In this document: piece by piece, positions 50,416 to 60,812 of the stretch
How positions within the stretch are numbered: position 1 is the first letter of the stretch
How the letters are laid out: each line of letters begins with the position of its first letter
NCBI GenBank assembly: GCA_963719515.1
Contig: CAVRCJ010000001.1
Span: 96,001 to 160,000, forward strand
Reading direction: 5' to 3'
Source: an uncultured cyanobacterium
GTDB taxonomy: Bacteria > Cyanobacteriota > Cyanobacteriia > CAKZMO01
DNA length: 64,000 nucleotides
Position numbers and translations under genes: made by a program
The notes under the pieces: generated by a model
The model's database searches: none
Told to the model about the DNA's origin: nothing
What the model saw: only the letters and a program-made list of their open reading frames with translations

Positions 50416-51756
50416 ATGCGTCGGCGAGATTTAGCAAGAAACAAGATCAATCAGTCCAAATCTATTGCGCTGAGTCCCCAAAGAAAAATTTTCAAAGACT
50501 TTGTCGGCCAAAGCGATCGCGACGATCTCTACCGATTTCGCGCTAGCAGCAGCAGCACCGTCCGGCTCAACCTTAAAGGTCTAAAGGGCAATGCAAACTT
50601 GCAGATCTTTGCGCCGAAGCGCAGCGTCCGCCAGACGAAGCGTCGCATCGGGTCTATAGATTTTAGTAACCTCAAGCCCTCAAGAATCCGGCGGTTCCTC
50701 AGCCCGGTTGCCAGGTCCAGCCGGGGCGGGCGGCGAAATGAGGCGATCGCAGTTGATGTTGACCCAGGCACTTACTACATCCGCGTTTCGTCAAAAGGGC
50801 GAGCCAACACCCGCTACAGACTGATCGCTAGGGCCAACTCAGTCCCAGTACCGCCAGCTGGACTGCCTCCCGCGCCAGTTGCACCAACTCCGCGGCCGGC
50901 TCCCAGTAATCCAGTCACAGGCAGCCCAACTCCCAGCAATCCAACTCCCAGCAATCCAACTTCACCGCCAGCTTCCAGCAATCCGATCAACGGTAGCACT
51001 GCGTTCACGCTCTATAGCGGTAGCGGACTACCCACCCAGCAGGAACTAGCCCTAGGACAGGTTCCGGTTCCCTTCTCCGACGTCCCCGCAAACCTGCAGC
51101 CTTTCCTCAGTTTTCTGCCCGCTTCGTTGGCAGAGTTCGTGACCCCGACGGCTTTTGCCACCCAAACCGCCACAGCAAATGGCGTCGTTCTTGATACGCG
51201 CAACAGCGCTGACCCCAATGCAGGCTACGCAGGCTACTCTAATTACACCGTTGATCTCAGCGGCGTGAGCCTGGCGAATCCTACTAATATTGATTTCACC
51301 CCCGTCAATCCCAACTTTCCCGTCCTAAACAACAACACCGGGTACAGCCTGACCTTCGACCTTGCCATTAACGCCGAGTCGAGCGTCCCCAACCGCGCTG
51401 GGTTCAGCATACTGGTGGTGGGCAATGACAGTCGGGCGATCGAACTCGACTTTAAGGCTAACAGCATCTTTGCTCAAGCCGCTGACTTTGGCGCTGCTGA
51501 GACGGTAGTACCGAGCTTTAGCTTGGCGAACCGCAACAGCTACGCCCTCAACGTCGCCAACGGCGGCTACGAGCTGTTTGCCAACGGCTCGCAAATCTTG
51601 TCAGGGGCGCTACGCAACTACAACTTCGATCCCGCCGCGAGCGATCCCCCCCTACCGGTCAATCCCTACGCTACGCCCAACTTCATCTTTGGGGGCGACC
51701 TCACCGATGGCGGCTCTAGCTTAACCACCCTAGGCCCGATTTCACTATTCACTTAG
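50416..51756 (+). CDS. PPC-like domain, Pro-rich linker and extracellular domain (choice-of-anchor Y-like)
   Basis: DLYRF...GTYYIRV; PTPSN repeats; GYSNY / NRAGFS / NPYATPNFIF. Confidence 0.6.
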   Translation: MRRRDLARNKINQSKSIALSPQRKIFKDFVGQSDRDDLYRFRASSSSTVRLNLKGLKGNANLQIFAPKRSVRQTKRRIGSIDFSNLKPSRIRRFLSPVARSSRGGRRNEAIAVDVDPGTYYIRVSSKGRANTRYRLIARANSVPVPPAGLPPAPVAPTPRPAPSNPVTGSPTPSNPTPSNPTSPPASSNPINGSTAFTLYSGSGLPTQQELALGQVPVPFSDVPANLQPFLSFLPASLAEFVTPTAFATQTATANGVVLDTRNSADPNAGYAGYSNYTVDLSGVSLANPTNIDFTPVNPNFPVLNNNTGYSLTFDLAINAESSVPNRAGFSILVVGNDSRAIELDFKANSIFAQAADFGAAETVVPSFSLANRNSYALNVANGGYELFANGSQILSGALRNYNFDPAASDPPLPVNPYATPNFIFGGDLTDGGSSLTTLGPISLFT

Positions 51757-51784
51757 GGCATTAGAGCGCTGAGAATGGCGAAAA

Positions 51785-51808
51785 GAAGGGGGGCATCTGC
51801 CCCCCTTC
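51785..51808. terminator. Hairpin between convergent genes
   Basis: GAAGGGGGGC-ATCT-GCCCCCCTTC. Confidence 0.6.
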
Positions 51809-51877
51809 CTAATTACCTTACCTGTCGTCCTATTGCTCTAGCCTGCGTTGATGAAGGCTAGAAACCAGAACTAAGGT

Positions 51878-52855
51878 CTAGATGCGAACTAGCTCCGGAT
51901 ACTCCGCCACCATCTCGTCAGCCGTCAAGGTCTCTCCGTCCGCCTGGGGCGTCCACAGAACCTCCAGAGCCACCATCTCATCTCCAGAGACAGAACCCAC
52001 CTGGCTCAGGGCCTGACGCAGGTCCTGAGTGGACGAGATTTTGGGCAGGTCAATCTTGCGGCGAGTGGCCACCAGCAGCGTCGCCACAATGTACTCCCCG
52101 GACATGTCAGACTCAATAAGCGCACTGCTTGCAGCGGCGTCGGCCTCGGCGAGGTTTAGCTGGTTGTTGACGTTGGACAGAGATTCGCGGGTGAACTTGC
52201 TGCGCTCCGTCAGCGCCAGCCGGTTGAACTTGGCTTCAGCGCTCTCAAGCCGCGCTTGCTCTGACTCAGCCGCTGCGTAGATCCAGTATTCTGGGTTTCG
52301 CAGTAGAGACAGGGTTGACTCTTGCAGCACCTGGGCCAAACCGGCAGAGCTGCTGGTGTCGGCACTTTCCGCCATGCGGCTGAGGTCTTGCTGCAGATAG
52401 CGGGCCTGAGCTAACAACCCAACCTGAATTTTGGCCACGGACAGCTTGGGGCTAGCCGTGCTGTAGCTGACCTCGTCTTCAACGCCTGCGCTGCGGAAGC
52501 TGCGAACGATGAAGTTGGCCACGGAAATGAAGATCAAAATGGTGAATAGCCCGCCGAAGCCACCGCCAAAGCCAAAGAAGGGCAGCAGGAAGGGAAAGCC
52601 GAAGCCACCGCCGCCGTAGCCATAGCCGTAGCCTCTACCGACGGGAGGCGCGGTGCGGGGAGAGCTGTAGCTGCGCGGGGCGGAGTAGCTGCGGGGCGCA
52701 GAGCGAAAACTGCCGCCGCCAATTCGACCTCCGGAGCGGGCCGCTAAGGCGGAGTTGGCCTGTCCAAAGACCAGTACGGCGATTAGCCCTACCGTCATCA
52801 GCACTTTGGTCAGCGCCTTGAGCCGTGGCGAAATTGTCTGAAGTAGTTTTCTCAT
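51878..52855 (-). CDS. DUF1517 family protein (FLAP1-like)
   Basis: SGGRIGGGSF, Gly-rich segment, EVLWTPQ...D. Confidence 0.88.
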   Translation of the reverse strand: MRKLLQTISPRLKALTKVLMTVGLIAVLVFGQANSALAARSGGRIGGGSFRSAPRSYSAPRSYSSPRTAPPVGRGYGYGYGGGGFGFPFLLPFFGFGGGFGGLFTILIFISVANFIVRSFRSAGVEDEVSYSTASPKLSVAKIQVGLLAQARYLQQDLSRMAESADTSSSAGLAQVLQESTLSLLRNPEYWIYAAAESEQARLESAEAKFNRLALTERSKFTRESLSNVNNQLNLAEADAAASSALIESDMSGEYIVATLLVATRRKIDLPKISSTQDLRQALSQVGSVSGDEMVALEVLWTPQADGETLTADEMVAEYPELVRI

Positions 52856-53076
52856 AGCAGTCGTTTATCGGTCGTTGATTTGGGCCGTGGTGTCGAAAGC
52901 TTTTGAACCGGTAAGCGATGCCTAGCGATGGTTCGTGGCTCTGCGACGTCAGTGCACCCTTTACTCCTACGTTAGCGCCTTGGCGGCGATCGCGCGTCCC
53001 GTAAACGGCAGATTCTGGTCGCGATTGCCGAACCTGTTGCGCAACGGGATCGATTCGGATAATCTCACGGTTCAAG

Positions 53077-55453
53077 CTAGTAATGCCCGGAACGCGGCCT
53101 GCCAACATCAGCCGACCAGTTGCCAGAGCCAACGCCAAACTGGCCCGATTCAAACCACTCAGATTTCAGCAGCGACCACCAGTCGGCGGTGAGTCCTGCC
53201 AAGACATAGTCGTAGGGAAGCCAGCCGTAGCCACCCTTACCCCATTCAGCGCCCCAAGAGTTACGAATCAGAATCGCCCCTTGGGACCGTTTGCCATCGG
53301 CGTTCTCCACAATGTAGCTATCGTCGTAGCCCACAGCAACAACGGCATGCCCACCTTCCATCTGGTCGACCTCGTCGGGGTAGGGGATGTGCCCCTGGTC
53401 TTCATTGTCCTCGTGGTAAGCGGAGGTGTACAGCGTGAAGCCAAACATGCAAGGGAACCCTGCAGCCAGCACCGCTTTTGCTTGAATGAGTAGTTCGTCT
53501 TCAGCAATGCCGGCATAGTCTAGGCGGAAGTATTTAAGGGCCTGATAGTTTTGGGCAAAGGAGTAGCAAAACGGCGTCGGCTCTTCGTCGTAGCGTTCTT
53601 CGTCGTAGGGCCAGTGATCCTCTGGCGGAATGCCAAACAGCACCATGGCTTTCATGGTTTCTCGCACGGAGGCCCCTGAGTCTCCCTGGCGCTGCATTAG
53701 GTTTCGCGCCGTTTTGTAGAGAAACAATGGCGAGACGTCAGTGTATTTGCCAAAGGATCGCTTGGCGAAGTACTCGGTGAGGGCAACCCCAGCGTGGGCG
53801 GTGCAGGAGTTGAGGGAGCCCTGATCTTCAACATCTGAGCACCATAGGCTCAAGTCGACAAATTCTGGCAACCGTAAATAAAATCTTTTGCGCTGACCCT
53901 CAACTACCTTAGGCTGATTCGCGTAGTGAGCTTGAATTTGCTTATGCAGACTCCAGTTGATAGGAATTTTTAGATCAAAGTCGAGATCAAAGTAATCGGT
54001 TTTTCTATCTTGAGCCGCAATAACTTCTAGCAATGGCGCTGCCAAAGCAGATTTGGGAGAGTCTAGTTCGGATTCGGGCTGCTCTTCTGATAGTCCATGT
54101 TGATCGACAATGCTCTGGAACTTCTCCTTGACCCAAGAGTCAGGCTGAGACTTCAGTTGCTTATGAACCTCTTGGACAGCGACCAACGCCATACTCTTTA
54201 GGCGTAGACTGTTGTCGTCGCCCGTCTGCGGTGCCGATACGCTATTATCATCGGTAACTAAAGCCTTAAAGGCGTCTATTCCAACGGCAGCTGCCTTTCT
54301 ATAGTTTGCATGCTGACCCAGAGGTAAGATAAGCCGCACGATCGCTTCGACAATAGGCTGCAAGAGCTGGGTTAGCTCTTGTTGCACGGCGATCGCCACC
54401 TCTGAAGCCACAATATCATGATAATCTTCCTTCTCTGCATAGTGATCAAATGATGCTAGATCCCAACTGATACCATCTTCGTGTGCAATTTCCTCTGGGG
54501 ATCTCGGCTGGGATATACCTTTATTCTGTGCAAAAGCATCAATTGCTTGACCAATCTCTTCCCGACTAAGCTCCTCTGGCTTAGCAGAAAATTTTTGTGC
54601 GCTTGGAACTGGCCACAGCACCAAAAGCTGCTCCCTTAATCGTTTTTCACCCTCTTTCCTTTGCCGAATAACATAGTCGGAGTAGTCGTCTTCGCTCATA
54701 CCGTAGGGAACAACTTGATACTCTGACCATGTGACTGGCTTCACGAGCTGGTCGATGGATTCTGCATCACGTTTAGGAATGAGGCTGGTGAAAATATGGG
54801 CAGATAAACCGTCTGGCGCTATCGGTTGGATAGACTCTTCTACTCCAAACACAGTAGTGTGAAATGGTTCGGACGTCGATTGACCGGGATTTTCTCGAAT
54901 ATATTTAGCTCACCGAAGCGCGTCCATCGTTTGTATATCGACAACGCTGTCGCCAGTAAGACCTTGACTGTCTTTAAAGTGCTTGACCAGCTTTGCTGTC
55001 AACTCATCAAAAAAGGGGTCTAGCGAACAGCCGTTCTTGCCGCCTATTTCTTGCAAATCAAAATACAGTTTCTGCAGACATTGCTTTATTTCTAGGATTT
55101 CCCGCCCGCTCATTCCCGGCGTGAAGCTTTTAAGAACACCGACGGATACAAAGCGGATTCCGCCACCAGCCTTCTCGTCTAGCTGCTCAGCTAAACGTTC
55201 TAACTTCGTCTAGTGATTCTCTATCGTTATCAGCAGTTGCTTCATCACCACCGGTAGCATCCGTTTGGACGGCGCTCTTCTCCGCCGTCAACAGCTTTAG
55301 CGCCTGAGAAACCTGCTTCGTCAAGTCCTCCACAGCACCCATAGACCGCTCCGTTTGCACCTGCCCCGCCAGCGCCTGAATCTCGGCGTGATTCAGCGTG
55401 TAGTCCTTAACATCAGGGAAATCGGGTACCCAGCCGGTTCCTTTCCTATCCAT
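53077..55453 (-). pseudogene. Papain-like C1 cysteine peptidase split by a frameshift (~55210) and an in-frame TGA (54910-12); catalytic part intact in 53077..54852
   Basis: GTGWVPDFPDVKDY N-terminus; DQGSLNSCTA, GGHAV, IRNSWG. Confidence 0.8.
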
Positions 55454-55527
55454 GGTGCATCCTGTAGTGGCGATGATATATCCCTTAAATTTACCGCCTT
55501 TTTCCCCAACGAGTTAAATTTTTCATT

Positions 55528-58500
55528 TTATGGCACATCTGCGATCGCAATCCCTTGGCAGAGGCCGTTAGGCGCGTTAGGATTTGTGCCCAAATAGTTC
55601 TCAATCCATCCGCAGCCGTAGGCTAACAAACCATCTAGCGTGAAGTTCTCCATAGTCCACATTAGAATTTGCCCATCGGAACTAACCGAAACCAGCGTCG
55701 CACCATCCGGGCTAAATCGCAGATTATCCACTGGTGCTTTGTGGCCATTGAGCGTCGCAATTAAGAGGCCATCCGAGTGCCATAACTTAACCGTATTGTC
55801 ATCGCTAGCGGTTGCAATCAGCTGCCCATCGGGGCTAAAGCTAGCGCTCCATACCCCAGCATTGTGGGACTCCAGAGCCGCAATTTCATCTCCGTCAGCG
55901 GTCCACAGTTTGACCGTGTTGTCTTCGCTGGTGGTGGCGATCGCCCCGTCCGCGCTGAAGGTAACCGAGTACACCGGCCCATCATGCCCCGTAAGCACCT
56001 GTCGCTGCATGCCATCGATGCTCCACAGCTTAGCGGTATTGTCTTCGCCGGCAGTTGCGATGGTCTGCCCGTCAGGGCTAAAGCTGATGCTGTTTGCGCC
56101 CCCCTCGTGGGCCTCTAGAGTCCGCATGAGACGCCCATCCTGGTTCCAGAGCTTGGCGGTTTGGTCAAAGCTCACCGTACCAACGGTTTGCCCGTCAAAG
56201 CTAAACTGAGCGCTAATGACCACGTCCTCATGACCTGATAGGGTAGCGATCGCCTGGCCATCCCGTTGCCAAATTCTCGCCGTTTTGTCAGCGCTGGCTG
56301 TTAAAATTCGCTGTCCGTCCGGGCTGAAGCGAACGCTATTAACGCCGTCTAAATGCCCTGTTATCGTTTGGAGTAAATTGCCCTCTTGGTCCCACAGCTT
56401 GACAGTGCTATCTTCACCCGCAGTGGCAATCACCTGGCCATCGGGGCTAATATCTATCCCATAAATTGCGCCGTCGTGGGCATTTTCAACGGACGTCAGT
56501 AGCGGGGAGTCGAGCTGCCAGAGCTTTACCGTCTTATCGAGACCGGCAGACGCAAGCACCCGCCCGTCGGGGCTGAAGCCAACATCGGACACCCGGCCAC
56601 GGTGCCCCCGAAGCGTCGCAATCGTATCCCCACCGCTATTCCACAGCTTCACGGTCTCGTCCTCGCTAGCCGTCGCGATGGTTTTACCATCGGGGCTAAA
56701 CTGGACGCTGCTAATCAGCTCCTGATGCTGTAGAACCTGCCGTTTGATGCGTTGAGTAACGTCCCATAAAATAGCGCTTTGGTCGAGGCCTGATGACGCC
56801 AAAATAGCGCCGTCTGGGCTAAAGCCAACGTCAAACACAGCGTCTTGGTGGCCGACGAACGTATGTAGGAGCTGCCCATCCAAGGTCCACAGCTTTACGG
56901 TGTTGTCGAAGCTGGCGGTGGCGATGGTTTGACCGCCAGGGCTAAAGCTAACCCCAGTGACTCGGGCCTCATGCCCCTGGAGAACGGTGAGCAAATTCCC
57001 TGATTTGGACCAAAGCCATGCTGTACCGCTCGTCCCCAGCAGCAGCCAGCAGCAGCCCGTTGGGGCTAAAGGCCACGTCGTTGAGCGGCTCGTCGGCGTC
57101 GGTGAAGGTCATAACCTCATCTCCCGCCGGTGTCCACAGCTTTACCGTTTTGTCGTTGCTCGCAGAGGCCAACAGATCCCCGTTAGGGCTCACGCTCACG
57201 CTTTTGACAAAGTCCGAATGGCCTGCCAATGTCTGGAGTAATTGACCATCCCGTCCCCAGAGCTTGACGGTACTGTCATAGCTGGCTGTCGCAATCAAGC
57301 TGCTATCAGGGCTAAAGCTCACGGCCCGCACATAGTCGCCGTGGCCTTCTAGGCGATCGCGCTCTTTCACCCAATAATTCGCCTGGGCTAGCGCCGTCAT
57401 CACCTTGGCCCGCAGGGCAGGGTCGTGCTTCAGCAAAATCGTTCGCTGTAGGCGCGTGCCCGCCTCCAAAGCCTGCAGCAAGGCATCAAAAGTATCTGGG
57501 TTGACGGTAAACGAGGCCTGGGAGGCCTGAGTCAATGCCTCAATTTCACTTTTGACGGCGCTGTAGGTCTGCTTGAGGGCAAAAGCTCCTGTCCCCAAAG
57601 CCACCACCAGAGCGACGCTGACGGCCCTCAGCAAAACTTTTAGGCGCTGCTGCTGCCGCTCTTCCCGCCGCTCTTGGGCCTCGATCACGTCCTTACTGAC
57701 GTAGATATAGTCCTGATGCAGGCTGGTGGGGGCGGGCTGCTTCTTTTGGGTGGAAGAGGCTTGGAACCAGTCTTGAGCGATTGCAAACTCGCTGCCCCGC
57801 AGCAGCAGGTCTTCGCTGCGATTCTTCTGCTCCCACTCGATGGCCCGCTGCGCCCACTTGGTGTGGTGATGCACGTGCTCGCGGTCTGTATCCAAGGCGC
57901 GCGCGAGCGGGTTAAAGCAGTCGCCAAAACTGCCTTGGCGGGTGAAATCAATCCACTGCACCTTAGCCAGCTGCGGATGAAGATCGCCGGGCTGCACCGG
58001 GCGGTGGAGTACCGTAATCAGCCGCTTATTGAGCTTAGCGGCGTATTCCACCTCGTCGGCGCAGTAAGAAGAGGCCACCGACTGGGGCGACAAGATAAAT
58101 AGAAAGTTGTCGCAGGCGGCAATGCCCTGGTAGATTTCCTGCTGGAAGTCAGCGCTAGCAACAGCGATGCTCTCTTGGTCAAACCAGGTGAGCTTACCGT
58201 AGCCCTGTAGATTGTCGTTGAGCCGACGGGCGATGTCTGAATCTGAGCGAGAGTAGGAGATAAAGACATCCAGTGACTCTGCGGGGGGCTGCCGGAGACT
58301 CTCCTGAACAAACTCCTCCTGCAGGTCTGTAGGGCGGTGGGCCAGTCGCTTCTTCGCCGTTTTCAGCCAGGTTTCAAATTGCCGCAGGTTGTAGCCCCGC
58401 AGCAAAATGCTGGGGTTATGGTGCTGCCTTTGCCATTTGAGGGCTTTAGTGAGCAGCAGCTTGTGAGCCTGGTGATAGGCCTTATCCGTCTTGAGAATCC

Positions 58501-59590
58501 GCAGCAGCTGACTTTCGTCCAGCTGATAGTCTTCCTCCCGCTCGTTGTCTGTCAGATCGATGTACTGCAGGCCTCTAAGGCCCAGCGGCTGACTGCTCGG
58601 CTCAGTAGGGCGCACCAGAATCGGCACAATGCGTTTACGAAGTGCGATCGCGTAGTCTAGCTCGTGCTGACAGAAGGTCGACCGCGTCGACTCTGGCGAC
58701 AGCAGATAGACCACGTTGTCAGCCTGCTCAACGCCCTGGTCGATGGCCTGCTGAAACGCCTCTCCAGTCTGAATGTCGTTAGCGCTGGTCCAAACGGTGA
58801 TTCCCTCACGCTGCAGCGATCGCTTCACCTTCTCCATTACGGCTCTGTCTGCTTCCGCATGGGCTAGAAACACCTGACTCATCAGGTTGCTGGCGTTCTT
58901 GATGCTCTCGGTGATGTACTCCCCATGCAGGTCGGTGGGGGTGCAGGGGGGCTGCTCGTCTTTGAAGCGGATTTTGAGCCAGGCTTCGGCGCGCTCCCTC
59001 GCCTCGCCCACCAGCAAAAACTGCGACTGCCGCTGCTGCGACCACTGCAGCGCCTGGAGCAGCAGCTGGGTATGGGTGTAGACGTAGTCGCGGTGCCGCT
59101 CGAAAATCGCCGCTATTCCCGCAAAAGCGGCTGAGACATCGTCCTCGCCTTCTCGCCCATAGATCCAGTTGAGCTTGCCTAAGATAGGGTGCAGCCGGGG
59201 GTTGCGCACATCGCCAAACTGCAGCTTTTGCGCCTGATAGTCGGCCCAATCCTCAGGGGTACCGAAGGGGCTGCGCTGCTGCCAAGTGCTGCGGCTGACT
59301 TCGTCGACATGCAGGAGGGGAATGACGCGCTTGTGCCTGGCGATCGCCCGCTCCACCTCTAGGCGGCAGTAGGCAGAATTCACCGCGTGGGGCGACATCA
59401 CAAAGATAAAGTTGTGCGATCGCTCTAGATCGGCGTCAATCTGCTTTTGATAGTCGACGCCTAGGGGAATGTCGTTCAGGTCGAGCCAGACGCGGTAGCC
59501 CTGGGCCGTGAGAAACTGGCAGAGCTTAGCGGCAAACGCTTTGCTGTCGGCGCGACCATAGGAGATAAAGGCGTCGTAGAGCTGAGGCAT
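55528..59590 (-). CDS. 3xTIR + TM + WD40 repeat protein; +1 frameshift near 57030
   Basis: DAFISYGR, VFLAHA and DVFISYSR, each followed by C..E; ~14 WD40 repeats across two ORFs. Confidence 0.85.
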
Positions 59591-59669
59591 AGTGAACGCA
59601 CCCTGAACTGAGGCAATAGCAGGCCTTAGCCGCCTTGCTTGCCTAAAAATAATCTACCACGGAAAAAAG

Positions 59670-59888
59670 TTATCCTCCCCCCACGATGGTGACGATTTCT
59701 AGGCGATCGCCCTCCTGAAGCGAGGTCGTCTCCCAGTACTGACGGTGTAGAATCTCGCCGTTGTACTCCACCGCCACTAGACGAGGGTTGAGACCAATTG
59801 AGGTCAGCAGCTCGGGCACAGAGAGGTCGGGGAAGCAGGTTTGAGATTTCCCGTTAACCTGAATTTGAATAGAGTTTGGAGTTGCCAT
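59670..59888 (-). CDS. thiS: Thiamine biosynthesis sulfur carrier
   Basis: VAVEYNGEIL...EIVTIVGGG. Confidence 0.92.
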   Translation of the reverse strand: MATPNSIQIQVNGKSQTCFPDLSVPELLTSIGLNPRLVAVEYNGEILHRQYWETTSLQEGDRLEIVTIVGGG

Positions 59889-60002
59889 AGCGTTGCAGTG
59901 ATCCACGCACAAAATAAACGCCAGAGCACAGAGGCCCCAGCGTTTAAACAGCGTACTTCAAGGAGTCATGACTTTTAAGAACATGCCTCTACGTAGGGGA
60001 CG

Positions 60003-60776
60003 CTACCACAGCCCGCGCACCGGCTGCGCTGCCGAGGGCTCGGGGCGGGAGGAGCGAGCTTCTGGTTCCGGCGCTGGCTCTGGGGCGGGCGTAGGTTCTG
60101 ACATCGGAGCAGGTTCTGGAGCCGGCTCTGTAACTGCCGTCTCTTCTAGAAGTGCTTGAACCTCGGGCAGCGCCGATTGTGGAACCAGCACCGCGTCGAT
60201 GACGTGAATAATTCCGTTGCTCGCCTGGACATCGGGCTGAACCACCGTTGCGCTGTCGACCGTGATCACATCCCCGACCTCTGCCGTTAGCTCATCTTCC
60301 GACAGCGTAGACACAGGGCCGGAGGTGACAGCCGTTGAGGGCACTTCACCGTCAACGACGTGGTACGTCAAAATATCTACCAGCAGGCCGCGGTTCTCAG
60401 GCTGAAGCAGCGCCTCGACGACGCCGTCGGGCAGTTGCGCAAACGCATCGTCGGTGGGGGCAAACACGGTGAAGGGTCCGGGACCAGAGAGGGTGTCTAC
60501 AAGTTCAGCCGTTTGCAGCGCTTGAACAAGGGTGTCGAAGGCGTCGCTGCTGGCGGCTAGCTCCACAAGGGTTGGCGGCTCTGACTCTGGCGATTCAGCT
60601 TGGGCTAACTCTTGTGATGCTGGAAGCGGGAAACGCTGGGCGTTTGCCTGCTCACTTGGAAAAATCAATGCTGTTCCGCCAAGGAAAATACCACCCAGAA
60701 GCCAAAGTTTGTGTGCAAAAAGAGACATAAGTTTAGGGCTTGCTTTAAAGATTTCATGAACAACTGCTCGTAGCAT
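60003..60776 (-). CDS. Fasciclin-domain protein
   Basis: FTVFAPTDDAF, ILTYHV, NGIIHVIDAVL; PEPA tail. Confidence 0.9.
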   Translation of the reverse strand: MLRAVVHEIFKASPKLMSLFAHKLWLLGGIFLGGTALIFPSEQANAQRFPLPASQELAQAESPESEPPTLVELAASSDAFDTLVQALQTAELVDTLSGPGPFTVFAPTDDAFAQLPDGVVEALLQPENRGLLVDILTYHVVDGEVPSTAVTSGPVSTLSEDELTAEVGDVITVDSATVVQPDVQASNGIIHVIDAVLVPQSALPEVQALLEETAVTEPAPEPAPMSEPTPAPEPAPEPEARSSRPEPSAAQPVRGLW

Positions 60777-60812
60777 AGTCGTTAAGCCTTCACGTTAAGT
60801 TCCGAATTCTGT

